A DNA stretch of 64,000 nt, taken from Ignavibacteriota bacterium (GTDB lineage: Bacteria > Bacteroidota > Ignavibacteria > UBA10030). The notes under the pieces were generated by a model, which searched no databases, was not told the origin of the DNA, and worked only from the letters and a program-made list of their open reading frames with translations. Below, piece after piece: positions 49,697-59,658 of this stretch (the first letter of the stretch is position 1; every line of letters begins with the position of its first letter). Both the position numbers and the translations under genes were made by a program. The DNA lies in assembly GCA_963701295.1 (NCBI GenBank), contig OY969585.1, positions 3,579,694 through 3,643,693 on the forward strand. The letters run 5' to 3'.

Positions 49697-50857
49697 CTAA
49701 TTTTCAAACTTCAATTTCACATTTACTACTTCCGGCCGATTACCGGTTCGCATCGGCGGGCCCCACGTTCCAACGCCACACGAAACATAAAAATGCGTGT
49801 TGCCTTTCTTCTTATATCCCCAGCTCAGTTCATACACTGCCTCCGAGATATAATTGAAGGGCCAAAGTTGTCCGTGGTGAGTATGCCCCGAGAGCTGAAG
49901 ATCGACTCCATGATTGACAACATCATCCAATCGCAGCGGTTGATGATCCATGAGAATCACAGGAAGAGATGTATCCACGCCGTTCATTAACTCACTAAGT
50001 TGTTTTCGCTTCTTCCCATTGAATTGCCGAATACTGAAATCCTCTCTTCCAACCAATGTAAACGCATCCGCGACTTTTGCAACGCTGTCTCTCAGCATAG
50101 TAACACCATGCTCGGTAAGATATTTGCATGCGGGCTCAACTCCGCCGATATATTCATGATTACCGGTAATTCCATAGATTCCGTACTTTGATTTGATTTG
50201 CCGAAGTGTCTCTCCAAGATTTTCACGAATCACGGGTTCTATATCCTCGTCCACTAAATCGCCTGCGAATAATACAATATCTGGATGTATTGAATTAATT
50301 TTTTCTACAATACGTGTAAAATGACTGTTACAGATGATCGTTCCGAGATGAACATCAGTCACAAGCGCGACATTCAATTCCTTCAGCGGAGAATTCTTAT
50401 GAATCGTCAATTCCAGAGTTTGAATTCGTGGGAACATTGCATTCACACGTGCACCAATAACAGTTAGGAAAACAATTCCAACAACAATAAGAGCTACAAC
50501 TTGTTTCGTGTATCGAAGATTTCGTGTCAGGAAATACGGAAAGAATGGGACGATGTAGTTCACAAGTCTCAGAAGATCAATTGCTATGAGAATAATAAGA
50601 AAATATGCCATTGCTCCCATCCAGAAAGAACCTATCCAGACCAATCCATCCGTTAACCACGAAAGGGCAATACGCTCAAGTAATCGCGCTGCGATGTATG
50701 ATAGTGAAAGAAACCAAAAGACCACCATAAACCATATCCGCAGGGGAGAGCCATGGGAAATCGCTTGCAAGCCGCGGAGAAAAATATATGTATTGATCAA
50801 TCCATAGAGAACAATAACGATAGAAAAGAATATTATGAATGTTTGTGTCCTTGTCAT
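49697..50857 (-). CDS. Membrane-anchored metallophosphoesterase (YkuE-like)
   Basis: DVHLG, GDLVD, GNHE, DHQP, SGHTHHGQ. Confidence 0.93.
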   Translation of the reverse strand: MTRTQTFIIFFSIVIVLYGLINTYIFLRGLQAISHGSPLRIWFMVVFWFLSLSYIAARLLERIALSWLTDGLVWIGSFWMGAMAYFLIILIAIDLLRLVNYIVPFFPYFLTRNLRYTKQVVALIVVGIVFLTVIGARVNAMFPRIQTLELTIHKNSPLKELNVALVTDVHLGTIICNSHFTRIVEKINSIHPDIVLFAGDLVDEDIEPVIRENLGETLRQIKSKYGIYGITGNHEYIGGVEPACKYLTEHGVTMLRDSVAKVADAFTLVGREDFSIRQFNGKKRKQLSELMNGVDTSLPVILMDHQPLRLDDVVNHGVDLQLSGHTHHGQLWPFNYISEAVYELSWGYKKKGNTHFYVSCGVGTWGPPMRTGNRPEVVNVKLKFEN

Positions 50858-51013
50858 AGATCTCCTAATTATTCAATAATCATACTTCTATAGGATAGAA
50901 CAATAGAACCGAAAATTCAAGCTGTATTCCATTTCAAACTCATTTCTTTATTGAATCTTATTCCGATAATCCATAGAATAAGACTGCATATTGGAATATT
51001 TCCGGAGAATATC

Positions 51014-51448
51014 ATGGAAGAATTTATGAGTGCTGCCATCAAAGAAGCCAAGCTTGGCTTACAGGAAGGCGGAATTCCCATCGGTTCGGTGCTGGTGCGG
51101 GACGATAAGATCATCGGGCGAGGACGCAACCGCCGTGTTCAGAACAATGATCCGCTTGCACATGCCGAGATTGAGTGCCTTCGCAATGCAGGACGCATCG
51201 GTACATACACAAACACAATTCTCTTTAGTACTCTCACGCCATGTTATCTTTGTTCCGGTGCAATTGTCCAATTTGGAATCGAGAAAGTGATCGTAGGAGA
51301 TTCGAGAAGTTTCAAAGGAGATATAGAATTTCTGAAAGATCATTGGGTCACTGTTGATGATTGGGACTGGGAGGAATGCAATGATCTGATGAAGGAATTC
51401 ATAGAAAAGAATCCAACTCTCTGGAATGAAGACATCGGGAAGCTCTGA
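51014..51448 (+). CDS. Cytosine/nucleoside deaminase (FCY1-like, CDA superfamily)
   Basis: GGIPIGSVLV, HAE, PCYLC, WNEDIG C-terminus typical of yeast-type cytosine deaminase. Confidence 0.85.
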   Translation: MEEFMSAAIKEAKLGLQEGGIPIGSVLVRDDKIIGRGRNRRVQNNDPLAHAEIECLRNAGRIGTYTNTILFSTLTPCYLCSGAIVQFGIEKVIVGDSRSFKGDIEFLKDHWVTVDDWDWEECNDLMKEFIEKNPTLWNEDIGKL

Positions 51449-51453
51449 CCATT

Positions 51454-51927
51454 ATGACAAATCAACAACTCTTTATAAGGAAAGCGATTAAACTCTCTTT
51501 AGAAAATGTCCAAACGGGAAAAGGCGGGCCATTTGCTGCTCTCATAGTAAAGGACAACAACATCATCGCAAGCGGAACAAATCTTGTTACATCCTTGAAC
51601 GATCCTACAGCACATGCAGAAATCATTGCCATTCGCGAAGCATGCAAAATACTCAGAACCTTTCAACTGGAAGGATGCGAGATGTATTCTTCCTGCGAAC
51701 CATGCCCTATGTGTCTCGGCGCTATTTATTGGGCACACTTGGAAAAAATATTCATCGCCTCAATCATGAAAGACGCTGCCGATGTTGGCTTTGACGATGC
51801 ATATATTTATTCAGAATTTTTCAAACAGATTAGTGAACGAAAAATACCGATGGTCCTGATGCCTCAAAATGAAGCTCTCGCGGTATTCAAAGAATGGAAG
51901 GAAAAGGGAGACAAAATCAGATATTAA
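51454..51927 (+). CDS. guaD: Guanine deaminase (Bacillus GuaD type)
   Basis: GGPFAA, DPTAHAE, SCEPCPMCLGAIYW, GFDDAYIY, terminal Tyr. Confidence 0.85.
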   Translation: MTNQQLFIRKAIKLSLENVQTGKGGPFAALIVKDNNIIASGTNLVTSLNDPTAHAEIIAIREACKILRTFQLEGCEMYSSCEPCPMCLGAIYWAHLEKIFIASIMKDAADVGFDDAYIYSEFFKQISERKIPMVLMPQNEALAVFKEWKEKGDKIRY

Positions 51928-52233
51928 GGAACAAGAAAACCCGACTACCTCTTGATTGAGATTAAAAAATTTCACCGGTCTCCTCCTCTTGAATGAAATC
52001 CCAGGTACCAACGAGAGTCAACAATTCTGTTCTTTGCATGTAATAGATGGTATGGAATGGAAAAGATAATGATAGGGGATAAAAAAAGGAAAACAATCAA
52101 ACAACAAAAATAGAATTTTCGTTTGGGCACTATTTATGTAAGTATTTATGCGAAATGTTTCTTTTATTGTAATAGAGGATATTGAAATCAAACAATCAAC
52201 TATTCACCTTGTATTTATAACGAAGGAGCGGAA

Positions 52234-53694
52234 ATGGAACAAGAAGCAACCTCAAAAAACGTTGTAAACAGCATTCGGGACCGCATACCCGTCTTTACAA
52301 AAATGTCGTACGGACTTGGAACCGCCCTCGATATGTGGGGATTCTGGCTCTATCCCGGAGTTGCATTTGCGGTTTTCAATATCTACCTAGGCGTTGATCC
52401 GTGGCTTGTCGGTCTTGCACTTACATTGATTAGAATTTATGATGCGATCTCTGATCCCATTGCAGGATGGATATCAGACAATTTCCGCTCCAAGTTTGGA
52501 CGAAGGCGTCCATTCATTCTTGTTGCAGGAGTACTCGCGGGACTCGGACTCCCGGCACTGTTCATGGTTTCCCCTTCTTGGGTTAACCACTCCTTTCTTG
52601 GCCTGTCTGCCATCTTCTGGTATATGATGGGATCATCATTGGTTTATATCCCTATCATGGCCATGTATACAGTACCATATAATAGTCTCGGAGCAGAGAT
52701 GACTCCCGACTATGAGGAACGAACATCAGTAATGACTTATAAGGGATCGATGCAGAAAATTTTTGAAGTGGCAAATTTTTACGCACTGCGCTTCACCAAC
52801 CTCTCATGGTTCCTTCTTCCGGGAACAGTTGTAGGCAAAAATACACTGGCAGGCATGCAGGTGTACTCCTGTATCCTCGGCTCGTTGATGGCGATCTTTT
52901 CCATCACTATATTTTTTAGGGTCAAAGAACGGTATTACGAAAAAGTTGTCGTGAAAACGAAAGAACGCATTTCTCTGAAAGCATCATTGTATGAGACCTT
53001 GAAGTGTAAACCATTCAGGGTCATCATGGGTTATGGCGCTATGTTCACCTTAAGTACAAGCATGGTGGGTTCTCTGGGATACTATGCCACCGTTTATTAT
53101 GTTTGTGGCGGCAACACCATCAATGGAGATAACTGGAACTTTTGGATGGGTGTTGCTTTCATGATTGGCGGTTTTTTTGGCGCACCGCTTCTGGGGCAAG
53201 TGGCACGTGCAACACAAAAGAAGACCGCCGTTATGGTGGCCGCTTCCATAGGCATATTGGGATATGGCGGTTCATGGTTCCTCTACACACCAGCTATTCC
53301 CTGGCTGCAGACAATCGCTTCCGGAACGATGGGACTCGCGGCTGCCGGCCTCTGGATGCTGCACGGTTCCATCGGGGCAGATGTTATCGACTATGATGAG
53401 CTAACGATGGGCATACGCAGAGAAGGCTCCTTTACAGCATGTGGATCATACGTCTTAAAACTTGGAAATTCTATGGGTGGATTCGTCGCAGGCCTCATCC
53501 TTGGTTGGGCCGGATTCAATTCCATCCTTGGCGCTCAATTACCGAATACAATATTTTGGATCCGGTCAATGCTGGCAAGTATTCCCGTTGTCGGGCTGCT
53601 TGGAGTAATAATAATTATTTCAAGACTCGATCTAACAAAAAAACGATGTGAAGAAATCCGCACCGTGCTCGAATCACGAAGAGGAAACGTCTAA
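52234..53694 (+). CDS. Glycoside-pentoside-hexuronide (MFS_2) sugar:cation symporter
   Basis: YDAISDPIAGWISD...FGRRRPF, PYNSLGAEMTPDYEERT, ADVIDYDEL...RREG. Confidence 0.9.
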   Translation: MEQEATSKNVVNSIRDRIPVFTKMSYGLGTALDMWGFWLYPGVAFAVFNIYLGVDPWLVGLALTLIRIYDAISDPIAGWISDNFRSKFGRRRPFILVAGVLAGLGLPALFMVSPSWVNHSFLGLSAIFWYMMGSSLVYIPIMAMYTVPYNSLGAEMTPDYEERTSVMTYKGSMQKIFEVANFYALRFTNLSWFLLPGTVVGKNTLAGMQVYSCILGSLMAIFSITIFFRVKERYYEKVVVKTKERISLKASLYETLKCKPFRVIMGYGAMFTLSTSMVGSLGYYATVYYVCGGNTINGDNWNFWMGVAFMIGGFFGAPLLGQVARATQKKTAVMVAASIGILGYGGSWFLYTPAIPWLQTIASGTMGLAAAGLWMLHGSIGADVIDYDELTMGIRREGSFTACGSYVLKLGNSMGGFVAGLILGWAGFNSILGAQLPNTIFWIRSMLASIPVVGLLGVIIIISRLDLTKKRCEEIRTVLESRRGNV

Positions 53695-53781
53695 AATTAT
53701 TTCAGAATTTAAAAATGGCACACTGTGTTTTTTCCCGGGTATTTTGAATAATCTGCAGTGCGTTATTTTTTTAATATTATT

Positions 53782-54825
53782 ATGACCGATTTTCCAAAAA
53801 CCATATCATTCACAATAACAAACGCGTGCAATTTGAAATGCAAGATGTGCGGACAGTGGAGCGAAGAAGGATATATCCGCAGTGCAAAAGAAAATTTGCA
53901 ACACTCGTTGAAACTGGCAGATTGGAAAAAGCTTACGGATGAACTTGCTGCTCATCAAATTTCTTCGGTTATCCTTAGGGGTGGCGAACCATTCCTTTTC
54001 CCGGACATCATCGAGCTTCTAGGATATATCAATAGTAAAGGAATTTTTATTTCGCTCGACACGAACGGAACAATGTTGAAAAAATATGCGGCCGACCTTG
54101 TCCGGATCGGGAACATTCATATTACAATTTCAGTTGACGGGCCTGAAGAGATCCATGATAAAGTCCGCGGAATGAAGGGATGCTTTCGCAGGATAAAGGA
54201 AGGTGTTGACCAGCTGATTGAAGTCGAAAAGAACACTGGCAGAAATATAAGTAGGTCAATTTGTTTTACCATCAGCCCATATTCTGTGAGCGGACTTGGG
54301 AAAATGCCGGATGTTGCCAGAAGTTTATCCATAAACACACTTGTAATTGTTCCCTACAATTACATTCCCAGCACGATGGGGAACAACTACGCGAAAGAGC
54401 TGAACGACCATTTTAAAACTATCTCGTTCTCCTGGGTCGGTTTCCATCATGAAAACTCAGGTATCGATTTCGACGAATTCCAAAAAGAATACAGACAATA
54501 CATCGCTGACCTCAATGATATACGCAATTATCCCTATATGGTTCTTTCGGAGGAAGACTACCGGACATGGTTCGAAAATTCCACCATGCAGATAGGTTCG
54601 CCACAGTGTACAAACATTGAAAAACTGATAGATATTCAGCCCGATGGAAACGCAAACTTCTGCGTAGATAATCCGGATTATTCTTTCGGCAATGTAAAAG
54701 ATTCGACTATTAACGCGGTATGGAACAGCGAAAAAGCATCCCGCTTTCGCGAATATAGGCGTAAAAATCCTCTTTCCGTGTGCTACCGTTGCGTATCAAA
54801 ACATATGTCGGAGAATTCAGCATGA
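53782..54825 (+). CDS. Radical SAM protein with SPASM/twitch domain
   Basis: CNLKCKMC, GGEP, DTNG, ISVDG; C-terminal C...C...FGNV...CYRC. Confidence 0.9.
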   Translation: MTDFPKTISFTITNACNLKCKMCGQWSEEGYIRSAKENLQHSLKLADWKKLTDELAAHQISSVILRGGEPFLFPDIIELLGYINSKGIFISLDTNGTMLKKYAADLVRIGNIHITISVDGPEEIHDKVRGMKGCFRRIKEGVDQLIEVEKNTGRNISRSICFTISPYSVSGLGKMPDVARSLSINTLVIVPYNYIPSTMGNNYAKELNDHFKTISFSWVGFHHENSGIDFDEFQKEYRQYIADLNDIRNYPYMVLSEEDYRTWFENSTMQIGSPQCTNIEKLIDIQPDGNANFCVDNPDYSFGNVKDSTINAVWNSEKASRFREYRRKNPLSVCYRCVSKHMSENSA

Positions 54826-56726
54826 AACATCATTTAAAATCTATTTATTTCAAAGAGATGATATTTATTTGCATACTTTACTTGCTTGGGTGTATCAAAG
54901 TTTTTGCAGCCGGCATTATAAACGAAGATTCTCTCTATTTTGTTGAGAATTATAAAAAGTCGGAGTATCAAATTCCGATGAGAGATGGAGTTAAACTCTA
55001 TACCATCGTTTACTCCCCAAAAGATACTACAAAGAAATATCCGATTCTCCTTTTCAGGACACCTTATAATATAGCACCTTATGGAACAGACATGGGATTT
55101 TCCCCCAGAAAAGGAATGTCATCTGCATTCATGCGTGAAGGATATATTTTTGTACTTCAGGATGTGCGAGGAAGATTTATGTCGGAAGGAGTATTTCAGC
55201 ATATGACTCCTTTTATCGATGAAAAAAAGACGGATAAAGATATAGATGAAAGTTCCGACACTTACGACACCGTCGAATGGTTGATAAAGAATCTGAATAA
55301 TCACAATAATAGGGTTGGAATGTGGGGAATTTCATATCCCGGATTTTACACGTCTTACGCGGCTATCAATGCACATCCAGCTCTGAAGTGTGTATCGCCG
55401 CAAGCTCCTATAGGAGATTGGTTTTTTGACGATATTCATCATCATGGAGCTTTCTTCCTTGCACCTAACTACGACTTTATTTCGACAATGGATCTGCCAA
55501 GACACGGTTTGACCAAAGATTGGATTTTTGCATACAACTGGAAAACGCCGGATGGATATAACTTTTTCTTGCATTTGGAACCTTTACAAAATGCAAAAAC
55601 CAGATATTTCGGTGACACTATCGCTTTTTGGAACGATATTGTAGCTCATCCGAATTATGATGAATTCTGGCAGAAAAGGAACATCCTTCCCCATCTGAAA
55701 AATATAAGACCCGCAGTACTTGTTGTTGGCGGTTGGTATGACGCTGAGGATCTTTATGGGACATTTAAAACCTACAAAAGCATAGAAAAAAATAATCCCG
55801 GAATTAATAACTCATTAGTGATCGGCCCATGGATACACGGTGGATGGGCAAGAACAGATGGTTCATTCCTCGGGAATATATCTTTTGGTAGTAAAACATC
55901 TTTGTATTATCGCGACAGCATCGAACTTCCTTTTTTTAATTATTATTTAAAAGATAAAGGCTCATTGAATTTACCAGAAGCCGTGATGTTTATGACCGGA
56001 AATAACGAATGGAAAAAATTTGATAGATGGCCACCGGAAAATTTGATTGCAAGAAAATTATATTTTCACGCAAACAGGAAACTAACATTTGATCCTCCTC
56101 AATCGTCCGAATCTTCCTTCGATGAATTCATAAGCGATCCGTACAAACCAGTCCCATATACCGAAGACATTGCTTTTGGTATGACAAAGGAATACATGAC
56201 AGACGATCAACGTTTTGCTGCCAGAAGGCCCGATGTACTTCTATATGAAACAGATGTATTAAATGAAGACATTATTCTAGCGGGACCATCACTGGCCCAT
56301 CTGAAAGTATCTACAACGGGAAGTGATGCCGACTGGGTAGTAAAACTCATAGATGTATATCCTGAAGAGGCGCCGGACAACCCCACGACTCGCAGTGGAA
56401 AGAAAATGGGAGAATATCAGCAAATGGTGAGAAGCGAGGTTATCAGGGGCAGATATAGAAATAGCTATGAAGATCCAACTCCATTTCAGCCCGATAAAAT
56501 AGAAAAAGTGAACCTCGAACTACAGGATGTTCTCCATTGTTTCAAAAAAGGGCATAAGATTATGGTGCAGATACAAAGTACATGGTTCCCCCTGATAGAT
56601 TTGAATCCCCAGAAGTACGTAGAGAATATTTTTAAAGCTAAAAGTGAAGATTTTATTAAAGCAACTCACCGTGTTTACCACCAGCCAAAAAAAGAATCGT
56701 TTATCGAGGTAAGTGTTTTAAAGTGA
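54822..56726 (+). CDS. CocE/NonD family serine hydrolase (alpha-amino acid ester hydrolase/glutaryl-7-ACA acylase-like)
   Basis: IPMRDGVKL, RTPY, QDVRG, WGISYPG nucleophile, GWYDAED, GPWIHG; signal peptide. Confidence 0.92.
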   Translation: MKHHLKSIYFKEMIFICILYLLGCIKVFAAGIINEDSLYFVENYKKSEYQIPMRDGVKLYTIVYSPKDTTKKYPILLFRTPYNIAPYGTDMGFSPRKGMSSAFMREGYIFVLQDVRGRFMSEGVFQHMTPFIDEKKTDKDIDESSDTYDTVEWLIKNLNNHNNRVGMWGISYPGFYTSYAAINAHPALKCVSPQAPIGDWFFDDIHHHGAFFLAPNYDFISTMDLPRHGLTKDWIFAYNWKTPDGYNFFLHLEPLQNAKTRYFGDTIAFWNDIVAHPNYDEFWQKRNILPHLKNIRPAVLVVGGWYDAEDLYGTFKTYKSIEKNNPGINNSLVIGPWIHGGWARTDGSFLGNISFGSKTSLYYRDSIELPFFNYYLKDKGSLNLPEAVMFMTGNNEWKKFDRWPPENLIARKLYFHANRKLTFDPPQSSESSFDEFISDPYKPVPYTEDIAFGMTKEYMTDDQRFAARRPDVLLYETDVLNEDIILAGPSLAHLKVSTTGSDADWVVKLIDVYPEEAPDNPTTRSGKKMGEYQQMVRSEVIRGRYRNSYEDPTPFQPDKIEKVNLELQDVLHCFKKGHKIMVQIQSTWFPLIDLNPQKYVENIFKAKSEDFIKATHRVYHQPKKESFIEVSVLK

Positions 56727-56797
56727 TTGTTATTTTTGGTCATACCTTATCACCAACACCAAACTATTTGTCATCTCGCTATTTTAATATCTTGCAT

Positions 56798-57799
56798 TTA
56801 GGGATGTGCCACACGGTTTCTACCGCTGTGCTGCGCATGATAAAGCGCTTCTTTTGAGGCAAGCAACAGATCTTTTTCTGATTCGGCATTCCCGGGAAAC
56901 GCGGCCACACCGATGCTTACTGTAGTTCGGATTTTTTCCTGTGTAAACTCCGTCTCCTCAATCATTTTCCTTAATTCCTCGGCAAATGCGACTCCATTAT
57001 CAAGCAAGCTGTTCTCACGCAGGATAATTAATTCATCAAATCCGTAGCGGCTGGCTGCATCCATCGGCCGTAAACGAGACTTGATGATACCAGCGATTCC
57101 TTTCAGCAGCCGCTTTGATGCTTCATAGCCGTAGGTACCGCCAATTTGCTTATAATTGTCAATATCCAAAATAAAGAGTGATAAACTTTCGCGATTCGCT
57201 TCGGCACGCGATAGACTTGTGCTGAGTCGTTCAAGAAACGGTGCATATTTTTCTAAGTCAGTTTCGGGATCAACCGGGTCGAGTCGAAGATTTTTTTCAT
57301 ACAGATATGATTTGTTAAGCGCGATACTTGTTAGATCGGCAAAACTCTGAAGTATGCGAAGATCATTCATAGAAAAGACGTTCGAGTCACGTGCATCAGC
57401 ATGAAGGTAGCCTAGTGTGCGGTGTTCTGCAACAATTTGCATACATACAGCAGAACGGAATGGATGTTCGAGCTGAACTTCGCGTGCAATCTGCGGTTCT
57501 TGTTCTCCATCGGCAATCAGAATCGGAAGTCCGGTAGAGAGCATACGCGCAATAGCACCGGTGCCGAGTGAACGTCGGAATTCTTTCACATAGAGATGGG
57601 ATAAATTATGATTTGTAAAAACGCGAAGATATTCCGTTGCCGGATCGATAATGATGACTGCACAAGTCTGACAGCCATACATACGCACAATCCGATCGAC
57701 AATAAGCGAGAGCACACGTTCCGGTTCATGGGTAGCTTTGAGAATACCCAATACTTCTGAAAAGAAGCTGAGGCAGTCTTCTGGTTTCAAGTGAGACAT
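56798..57799 (-). CDS. GAF-GGDEF protein with degenerate active site (GFDEL)
   Basis: GAF N-terminus; LDIDNYK, SRYGFDEL, TVSIGVA, ALYHAQHSGRN. Confidence 0.85.
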   Translation of the reverse strand: MSHLKPEDCLSFFSEVLGILKATHEPERVLSLIVDRIVRMYGCQTCAVIIIDPATEYLRVFTNHNLSHLYVKEFRRSLGTGAIARMLSTGLPILIADGEQEPQIAREVQLEHPFRSAVCMQIVAEHRTLGYLHADARDSNVFSMNDLRILQSFADLTSIALNKSYLYEKNLRLDPVDPETDLEKYAPFLERLSTSLSRAEANRESLSLFILDIDNYKQIGGTYGYEASKRLLKGIAGIIKSRLRPMDAASRYGFDELIILRENSLLDNGVAFAEELRKMIEETEFTQEKIRTTVSIGVAAFPGNAESEKDLLLASKEALYHAQHSGRNRVAHP

Positions 57800-57930
57800 A
57801 GCGTTCTCCTTTTCTTTGATGGGACACTATTTACGCTGCCATGATAGCTTATCGGTAATCATTTATCCGATTATCTTAACAACAACTCACTACCTGCTTT
57901 AAGGATACAACCACTATTCTCTCATATGTA

Positions 57931-59382
57931 TTACTCTTTTCCAACCCGCTGATTTCCTATGCCCTTTTTCTTCATGAGCGTTTCAATATCTGCTACAGAC
58001 TGCGGTGCAAAGGCAGAAAGCACACTCCTTCCTTCATCTGTTACCACCACATCATCTTCAATCCGTATTCCGATATTCCAAAATTTTTGATGACAATTAC
58101 TGCCTTCCGGAATATAAATACCGGACTCCACGGTCAAAACCATGCCTGGTATAAGTTTTCCAATCGGTCTGCCATCATGCACATCCAGTCCAATGAAATG
58201 ACTTATCTTATGCGGATAGTATTTTTTCACGTCATCAGAATCCTTGGCAATTCCCAGTCGGCTCAATCCTTCGGCAATAACCTTCATTGTTGTCTTTTCG
58301 ACATCCGTCATCATTACCCCAGGAGAAATAGTGTCAATCGCTGCTTGCTGCGCATGAAGAACAAGTTCATAAATTTCTTTCTGCGCAAGAGTGAACTTTC
58401 CATTGATTGGAATAGTGCGCGTAATATCTGCAGAATATCCATGATATTCAGCGCCGATATCTATAACCACAAGTTCACCGCTTTGCATTTTGCGCCTGTT
58501 TGCATCATAATGGTACGATTGGGTGTTGGGTCCGGAGCCTATGATAGATGGAAAACCGGTATATTCTGCACCTGCCTGCGTAAAACAATATTCGACAACC
58601 GCCTGTAATTGGTACTCAAACATTCCGGGTTCACAACTCTTCATGGCTTCAATGTGTGCAGCGATGGTAGCATCAGCAGCTTTCTGAAGAAGTTCAATTT
58701 CTGCGGGTGATTTGACAACACGCATTTCTCCAACTATGGTGCTTATTCCTTTTACATTGAGATTGGGATATTTTTCCTGCAGATTCTTCATCGATTCTCG
58801 CCAACTGATAAAACGTATATCCGAGACCGGATCAATAAGCGTCTCTACGAGGGAGGGCGTGTAATACAAAGTGTGCGTATTCGAAAGAAGCGATACGAGA
58901 ATTTCATTCAGCCGGTCGTTTGTGAGAGCAATGCTTTGAGTTCCTTCGGATCCAAATCCAAGAATTTCACGGGCACCTTCGGTTCCAAGGTTCTCCCCTG
59001 TCCAATCTTTTGTTTTAGGAGCGAGAAAAAGAATTTCTTTCACGAGGATTCCATTGTCCATCACAAAACCACGTGGAATGAGAACGAGCGTACTGTTCGA
59101 TTCATTACATCCTGTGAAATAGAGAAAATTGCTGTTCTGTCGAAAGCGATAATCAACATCTCCTGATCGATTTGCATATTCTTGCGCCCTGAAGATGGCT
59201 ATAGAAATTGAATCCATTTTCGCTATCACCATAGAACGCCGCTGACGGTATTCTTCAGGCCTGATGCGATCTATATCGTAAATACCATACTTCGTATACG
59301 GCACACCGGCCGTAGATTGACCTACAGAGAAAGATATACAAAGAACTATTAGGACCAGAGAAAAAGAAGAACGTTGCATCAT
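57931..59382 (-). CDS. pepP: Xaa-Pro aminopeptidase (M24B), exported
   Basis: FRQNSNFLYFTG, IDIGAEYHGYSADITRT, HFIGLDVHD, GIRIEDD. Confidence 0.9.
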   Translation of the reverse strand: MMQRSSFSLVLIVLCISFSVGQSTAGVPYTKYGIYDIDRIRPEEYRQRRSMVIAKMDSISIAIFRAQEYANRSGDVDYRFRQNSNFLYFTGCNESNSTLVLIPRGFVMDNGILVKEILFLAPKTKDWTGENLGTEGAREILGFGSEGTQSIALTNDRLNEILVSLLSNTHTLYYTPSLVETLIDPVSDIRFISWRESMKNLQEKYPNLNVKGISTIVGEMRVVKSPAEIELLQKAADATIAAHIEAMKSCEPGMFEYQLQAVVEYCFTQAGAEYTGFPSIIGSGPNTQSYHYDANRRKMQSGELVVIDIGAEYHGYSADITRTIPINGKFTLAQKEIYELVLHAQQAAIDTISPGVMMTDVEKTTMKVIAEGLSRLGIAKDSDDVKKYYPHKISHFIGLDVHDGRPIGKLIPGMVLTVESGIYIPEGSNCHQKFWNIGIRIEDDVVVTDEGRSVLSAFAPQSVADIETLMKKKGIGNQRVGKE

Positions 59383-59658
59383 ATTATCTCCTGCTGAATA
59401 AAAAGAAAGAAATTGAAATATTTTACGTTGAAGAGCTCTTCAATGCATACAGAATATCTTAAAATGAATATACAATGAAATCGACCTTTGTTCACCTCTC
59501 CAGACACACGATGGAAAACAATGGAATACGAGACTTCATTTATTGGAGCATGGTAGGAATATTTTGAATTGTCCGCAAGTGAAACAATGGGAAGAGATGA
59601 ACTTTGGAATTGTCCATTTTCTTCTTACTTTTAAACGAATATTTCAGAAAGATGAAGT

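Noticed and set aside
51014-51927. Tandem deaminases as an anti-phage nucleotide-depletion system
   Set aside because: They lie outside the att-bounded island and match ordinary base-salvage cytosine and guanine deaminases.
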